The notes under the pieces: model-generated | What the model saw: the letters and a program-made list of their open reading frames with translations, nothing else | Database searches by the model: none | What the model was told of the DNA's origin: nothing | In this document: piece after piece, positions 19,305 to 24,000 of the stretch | How the letters are laid out: the number at the start of each line of letters is the position of its first letter | Position numbering within the stretch: position 1 is the first letter of the stretch | Assembly: GCA_050157075.1 (NCBI GenBank) | Contig: CP189723.1 | Location: 2,850,139-2,874,138 of the forward strand | Length of the DNA: 24,000 nucleotides | From: Propionibacteriaceae bacterium G1746 | GTDB taxonomy: Bacteria > Actinomycetota > Actinomycetes > Propionibacteriales > Propionibacteriaceae | Reading direction: 5' to 3' | Translations under genes and position numbers: made by a program

Positions 19305-20720
19305 ATGATCGAATTCGGCACCGGCGGCTGGCGTGCCATCATCGCCGACGGCTTCACCCTCGCCAACCTGCGCCTGCTCGGGCAGGGCCTTGCCAACCGC
19401 ATGCACCGCGAAGGCGTCGCCGAGCGCGGCATCGTCATCGGCTACGACCGACGGTTCCTCAGCCGCGAGTCGGCCTGGTGGCTGGCCGAGGTCATGGTCG
19501 GCAACGGCATCCCCACCACGGTGATCGACCGGGCCGCGCCCACACCCATGATCATGTTCACGGTCCGCAGCAAGAACACCGCCTACGGCCTGGCTGTCAC
19601 CGCCTCGCACAACCCCGCGCTCTACAACGGCGTCAAGGTCTTCACCGAGGGCGGCCGCGATGCCGATGCCGCCGTCACCGCCGAACTGCAGCACGAGATC
19701 AATGCCCTGACAGCCGACGACGTCACCAGCACCCCCGCGCATGAGATCAGCACCCACCCGCTGGTCACGGTGCAGAAGTCCATGAACTGGTACATCGATT
19801 CAATCCTCGACCAGGTCGACACCGAGACCATCCGCCATGCCCACCTCAAGGTGATCCTCGACCCGATGTACGGCGTCTCGCAGACCTGCCTTCAGACGAT
19901 CCTGATGACGGCGCGCTGTGATGTCGAGGTCATCAACAGCCGCCACGACACCCTGTTCGGCGGCCGGCTGCCGTCCCCGAACTTTGAGACCCTGCACGAG
20001 CTGCGACAGCGGGTGCGCGACGGTGATGCCGACCTGGGCATCGGCACCGACGGCGACGCAGACCGCCTCGGCATCGTCGATGACTTGGGAAATTACCTGT
20101 CGGCCAACCAGATCCTGGTGCTGCTCTACCGCTACCTGCTCGTCGACAAGGGCTGGCAGGGCCCGGTGGTGCGCAACCTCGCCACCACCCACCTGCTCGA
20201 CCGGGTCGCCGAGAAGCATGGCCAGCGCGCCCATGAGGTGCCCGTCGGGTTCAAGCACATCAGCGCTGCGATGGCCGAACATGATGCGATCATCGGCGGT
20301 GAATCGTCCGGTGGCCTGACCGTGCGCGGGCACATCGCCGGCAAGGACGGCGTCTATGCCGCCTCGCTGCTCGTCGAGATGCTCGCGGCCAGCAAACGCC
20401 ACCTGAGCGAGCACTGGGCCGACATCGTCGCCGAGTACGGCAGCCTCGAGATGGTCGAGACGGCATGGGGCTTCACCCCCGGACGCCGCAGCGAACTCAT
20501 GGCACAGCTGTTCGAGCGCCGCGAGCTGCCCGACTTCGGTCGACCGGTCACCTCCGTCGACTACGTTGACGGCGCCAAGGTGAGGTTCGAGGACGACGCC
20601 TGGCTGGTGTGCCGCTTCTCGGGTACTGAGCCGGTGCTGCGCATCTTCGCCGAGGCCCGCACCGGGGAGGAGGCACATGCGCTTGTCAACACGATGGTGG
20701 CGTTTCTCGGACTGGAGTAA
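19305..20720 (+). CDS. Alpha-D-phosphohexomutase family enzyme (phosphoglucomutase/phosphomannomutase)
   Basis: 471 aa. FGTGGWRA N-terminus, catalytic-serine loop AVTASHNP, metal loop GTDGDADR, sugar loop GGESSGG. Confidence 0.9.
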   Translation: MIEFGTGGWRAIIADGFTLANLRLLGQGLANRMHREGVAERGIVIGYDRRFLSRESAWWLAEVMVGNGIPTTVIDRAAPTPMIMFTVRSKNTAYGLAVTASHNPALYNGVKVFTEGGRDADAAVTAELQHEINALTADDVTSTPAHEISTHPLVTVQKSMNWYIDSILDQVDTETIRHAHLKVILDPMYGVSQTCLQTILMTARCDVEVINSRHDTLFGGRLPSPNFETLHELRQRVRDGDADLGIGTDGDADRLGIVDDLGNYLSANQILVLLYRYLLVDKGWQGPVVRNLATTHLLDRVAEKHGQRAHEVPVGFKHISAAMAEHDAIIGGESSGGLTVRGHIAGKDGVYAASLLVEMLAASKRHLSEHWADIVAEYGSLEMVETAWGFTPGRRSELMAQLFERRELPDFGRPVTSVDYVDGAKVRFEDDAWLVCRFSGTEPVLRIFAEARTGEEAHALVNTMVAFLGLE

Positions 20721-20805
20721 GCCCTGCGATGTAGGCTCACGACGATCGACCTGAACCGGGTCAATGGCGTGGCAACGGGGCCGCGCACCCATTGGAGGAA
20801 CGCCC

Positions 20806-23223
20806 ATGCTTGACCGTCCCCTCGAAGTGTCCCTGTCGTCCGGCAGCGTGTCCATCGTCATCGTCATCGCGACGCTCGCGGCAGTGGCAGTGGCGATGTC
20901 ACTGGTCTACCGCGCACAGGTGCTGCGCGCCGCCGACGGCACCGACAACATGCGCGCGATCGCCCTCGCCGTGCAAGAGGGCGCCTCGGCGTACCTCACC
21001 CGGCAGTTCCGCACGCTCGGCATCTTCGCGGTGGTGGCGTTCTTCGTGCTGCTCGCCCTGCCGATCCACGGTGACGGCAACGGCTGGGTGCTGCGCATCG
21101 CCCGGTCACTCGCCTTCGTCGCCGGCGCCGGCTTCTCGGCACTGATCGGCTGGATGGGCATGTGGCTGGCGGTGCGGGCCAACGTGCGCGTGGCCGCCGC
21201 AGCCCGTGACCAGGGACGCGACCCTGCCATGAAGATCGCGTTCCGCACCGGCGCTGCCGTCGGCATGGCCACGATTGGCCTCGGCCTGCTGGGTGCCGCG
21301 CTGGTCGTGCTGATCTTCCGCGGCAATGCCCCCGTGATCCTCGAGGGCTTCGGCTTCGGCGCAGCAATGCTGGCCATGTTCATGCGTGTCGGTGGCGGCA
21401 TCTTCACCAAGGCCGCCGACGTCGGTGCCGACCTGGTCGGCAAGGTCGAGCAGAACATCCCCGAGGACGACCCCCGCAACGCTGCCACCATCGCCGACAA
21501 CGTCGGTGACAACGTCGGTGACTGCGCCGGCATGGCCGCCGACCTGTTCGAGTCGTACGCCGTGACGCTGGTGGCCGCGCTGATCCTGGGCCGGGCCGCG
21601 TGGGGCGAGCAGGGGCTCATCTTCCCGTTGATCATCCCGGCGATCGGTGTGCTGACCGCGCTGGCCGGTGTCTACCTGATGCGCCCCCGGGCGGGCGAGA
21701 ACGGCCTGGCCACCATCAACAAGGCCTTCTATGCCTCGGCCGTGATCTCGCTGGTGCTGTCGGGCGTGGCGGCCTTCGTCTACCTGCCCGACTCGTTCGC
21801 GGCGCTGGGAGTCGAGAACTTCAGCGGGCCCATCGACGACCCCCGCATCGTCGCGTTCGCAGCGGTGACCATCGGCGTCGTGCTGGCGGCGCTGATCCTG
21901 GCGTTGACCGGGTTCTACACCGGCACCGAGCACAAGCCGGTGCAGGACGTCGGCAATACCTCGGTCACAGGTGCTGCGACGGTGGTGCTCTCGGGCATCT
22001 CGCTGGGCCTCGAATCGGCGGTGTTCACCGCCGTGCTGATCGCCCTGACCGTGCTCGGGGCATTCATGCTGGGCGGGGCCGGTGTCATGGGCCTGTTCGC
22101 GATCGCGCTGGCGGGCTGCGGCCTGCTGACCACGGTGGGCGTCATCGTCGCCATGGACACCTTCGGACCCGTCTCTGACAACGCCCAGGGCATCGCCGAG
22201 ATGTCGGGTGACGTCGATGGCGAGGGCGCGCAGATCCTCACCGAGCTCGACGCGGTCGGCAACACCACCAAGGCCATCACCAAGGGCATCGCCATCGCCA
22301 CCGCGGTGCTCGCCGCCACTGCCCTGTTCGGGGCCTTCACCGATGCCGTCGCCAACGTGCTTGGCGGCCGTTACACCGAGTTCGAACTGCAGTCGGTGGT
22401 GTTCTCACCGAGCGTTCTCGTGGGCGTCATCATCGGCGCCGCAGTCGTCTTCCTGTTCTCGGGGCTGGCGATCCAGGCCGTCAGCCGTGCAGCCGGTGCG
22501 GTGGTCTTCGAGGTGCGCCGCCAGTTCCGTGAGATCCCCGGCATCATGGACGGCACCGGTCGTCCCGAGTACGGTCGCGTGGTCGACATCTGCACCCGTG
22601 ACTCGCTGCGTGAACTTCTCAAGCCGGGCCTGCTCGCGGTGCTCGCGCCGATCGCGGTGGGCTTCGGGCTGGGCGTGCCCGCGCTGGCGGGCTACCTGGC
22701 GGGCGCCATCGCCTGCGGCACCCTGATGGCAGTGTTCCTGGCCAATTCGGGCGGCGCCTGGGACAACGCGAAGAAGCTCGTCGAGGACGGCCACCATGGC
22801 GGCAAGGGCTCGGACGCCCACGCCGCAGTGGTCATCGGCGACACGGTGGGTGACCCCTTCAAGGACACCGCCGGCCCGGCCATCAACCCACTGATCAAGG
22901 TGATGAACCTGGTCGCGGTGCTGGTCGCACCGGCTGCGGTGAGCATGTCGGCCCTCGGCGACGACCCCAGCTGGCTGCGCTACGTCATCGCCGGGGTGGC
23001 CGCCGTGATCGCCATCGCAGGGGTCATCTCGAGCTCGCGGCGCGGTTCGGCGATCGCGGGTCAGGACGAGCCGAACCCCGGACTGGACGGCCTGCCCGGC
23101 AACCCCGACTGGGAGGCCACCCGGCACGCGACCGATCGCAGCGGCCCGATGGCCGAGCTCGAGGCAGAGGCCGACCCCGCAGAGCAGACCAACGATCGGG
23201 AGCAGTCCAGCAAGTCTGCATGA
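20806..23223 (+). CDS. hppA: Membrane-bound proton-translocating pyrophosphatase, K+-independent type
   Basis: ORF track 20764..23223. I start at ATG 20806 (MLDRPLEV...) with GGAGGA 7 nt upstream. Motifs: GGGIFTKAADVGADLVGKVE, DDPRNAATIADNVGDNVGDCAGMAADLFESY, GNTTKAITKG (Lys rather than Ala, the K+-independent signature), DTVGDPFKDTAGPAINPLIKV. Confidence 0.9.
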   Translation: MLDRPLEVSLSSGSVSIVIVIATLAAVAVAMSLVYRAQVLRAADGTDNMRAIALAVQEGASAYLTRQFRTLGIFAVVAFFVLLALPIHGDGNGWVLRIARSLAFVAGAGFSALIGWMGMWLAVRANVRVAAAARDQGRDPAMKIAFRTGAAVGMATIGLGLLGAALVVLIFRGNAPVILEGFGFGAAMLAMFMRVGGGIFTKAADVGADLVGKVEQNIPEDDPRNAATIADNVGDNVGDCAGMAADLFESYAVTLVAALILGRAAWGEQGLIFPLIIPAIGVLTALAGVYLMRPRAGENGLATINKAFYASAVISLVLSGVAAFVYLPDSFAALGVENFSGPIDDPRIVAFAAVTIGVVLAALILALTGFYTGTEHKPVQDVGNTSVTGAATVVLSGISLGLESAVFTAVLIALTVLGAFMLGGAGVMGLFAIALAGCGLLTTVGVIVAMDTFGPVSDNAQGIAEMSGDVDGEGAQILTELDAVGNTTKAITKGIAIATAVLAATALFGAFTDAVANVLGGRYTEFELQSVVFSPSVLVGVIIGAAVVFLFSGLAIQAVSRAAGAVVFEVRRQFREIPGIMDGTGRPEYGRVVDICTRDSLRELLKPGLLAVLAPIAVGFGLGVPALAGYLAGAIACGTLMAVFLANSGGAWDNAKKLVEDGHHGGKGSDAHAAVVIGDTVGDPFKDTAGPAINPLIKVMNLVAVLVAPAAVSMSALGDDPSWLRYVIAGVAAVIAIAGVISSSRRGSAIAGQDEPNPGLDGLPGNPDWEATRHATDRSGPMAELEAEADPAEQTNDREQSSKSA

Positions 23224-23269
23224 GCTTCCCTGACCGCCACCCGCCCCACGCCGCCCCCACCCGCGGCGG

Positions 23270-23275
23270 TATCGT
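23270..23275 (+). promoter_or_regulatory. -10-like TATCGT exactly 6 nt before the ATG (leaderless-type)
   Basis: TATCGT-gggcag-ATG(23282). Confidence 0.4.
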
Positions 23276-23281
23276 GGGCAG

Positions 23282-24000
23282 ATGCCCCGGTCGACGAAGA
23301 TCCGGCAACCCGGCACTGACACCACCCCGCGCTGGCAACGGCTGCTGCCCGGGGTTGCGGTGCTGATGCACTACCAACGCGCGTGGCTGCGCGGCGACAT
23401 CATGGCCGGAATCACCGTCACCGCCTACCTCGTGCCGCAGGTGATGGCCTATGCCGAGGTCGCCGGCCTGCCCGCCATCACCGGGCTCTGGGCCGTCGGC
23501 CCCGGACTGCTCGTCTATGCCGTCCTCGGGTCGTCCCGGCAGTTGTCGGTGGGCCCCGAGTCGACGACCGCCTTGATGACCGCCGCCGGTGTGGGCGGGT
23601 TGATCACCGCGGTGGGCGTCGGGCGCTACGCCGACGTCGCCGCCGCCATGGCGATCGCGGTGGGGGTGTTGTGCCTTGTCGGCTGGCTGGCCGGGCTCGG
23701 GTTCCTGGCCGAGTTGCTGTCACGTCCGCTGCTGGTGGGCTACCTGGCCGGCATCGCCGTGCTGATGATCGTGAGCCAGATCACCAAGGCCACCGGCATC
23801 CCCGTGGATTCGGGCAGTGTCATCCAGGAGGTCACTTCCGCGGTCCGCAACGCCCAGCAGGTGCACTGGCCGACACTCGTACTCACCGCCGGGGTGCTGG
23901 TGGTGCTGTTCGTCGTCCACCGGTTCGCGCCGAAGTGGCCGGGGCCGCTGATCGGCATGGTCGCAGCCGCGGTCGTCGTGGCGGTCTTCGATCTCGCGGC
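23282..24000 (+). CDS. SulP family inorganic anion transporter, N-terminal part (continues beyond the right edge)
   Basis: Not in the track (no stop in the window). My translation from ATG 23282: MPRSTKIRQPGTDTTPRWQRLLPGVAVLMHYQRAWLRGDIMAGITVTAYLVPQVMAYAEVAGLPAITGLWAVGPGLLVYAVLGSSRQLSVGPESTTALMTAA... This is the canonical SulP N-terminus. The frame is open to the end of the window. Confidence 0.85.
   Translation, partial: MPRSTKIRQPGTDTTPRWQRLLPGVAVLMHYQRAWLRGDIMAGITVTAYLVPQVMAYAEVAGLPAITGLWAVGPGLLVYAVLGSSRQLSVGPESTTALMTAAGVGGLITAVGVGRYADVAAAMAIAVGVLCLVGWLAGLGFLAELLSRPLLVGYLAGIAVLMIVSQITKATGIPVDSGSVIQEVTSAVRNAQQVHWPTLVLTAGVLVVLFVVHRFAPKWPGPLIGMVAAAVVVAVFDLA

Noticed and set aside
20764-20805. 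Longer hppA start at ATG 20764 (MAWQRGRAPIGGTP...)
   Set aside because: GGAGGA sits 7 nt before ATG 20806, and the first transmembrane helix follows soon after that Met. The 14 extra residues are Arg/Gly-rich and would place the ribosome-binding site inside the coding sequence.
19800-23325. Minus-strand ORFs antisense to the phosphohexomutase and hppA genes (19800..20867, 20907..21635, 21106..21933, 22405..23325)
   Set aside because: Same reasoning: the plus-strand genes carry complete catalytic motif sets. The antisense translations are low-complexity products of high GC content.

Overview
Very GC-rich, actinobacterial-looking chromosomal DNA. I can support 19 protein-coding genes (two run off the window edges). 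I see no rRNA, no complete tRNA and no CRISPR array. Left to right: a DUF4031-HD fusion (partial), a YceI-like protein, a translationally coupled Cys-less CMD / CxxC AhpD-like pair, an aldo-keto reductase, and a PhnB-type VOC gene lying between a VOC tail fragment and an MFS tail fragment. Next comes the only clearly accessory block: two tandem paralogous secreted LRR proteins with internalin architecture, one extended by five FG-GAP/VCBS-like repeats. They share a duplicated upstream region containing a 14-bp palindrome, a TAACAT -10 box and a GTGAC-N4-GTCAC element. After that: a ThrE-family exporter, a TauE/SafE permease, an NRDE-family protein, coaBC, ilvD (with an in-frame 15-bp x4 tandem repeat at its 5' end) and an SPFH/band-7 protein. 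A 566-bp structured intergenic region follows (G-tract array, palindrome with a tRNA T-arm-like apex). Then: an MDR/quinone-oxidoreductase-like gene, a second PhnB-type VOC gene bracketed by transposase-tail remnants and by copies of a 75-bp palindromic repeat, a phosphohexomutase, a K+-independent-type membrane pyrophosphatase, and the start of a SulP transporter. Seven genes carry a TANNNT hexamer exactly 6 nt before the start codon, a leaderless-type layout. Most long ORFs in the supplied track are GC-driven shadow frames or longest-ORF N-terminal extensions. All family names come from my own reading of the translations; nothing was searched.
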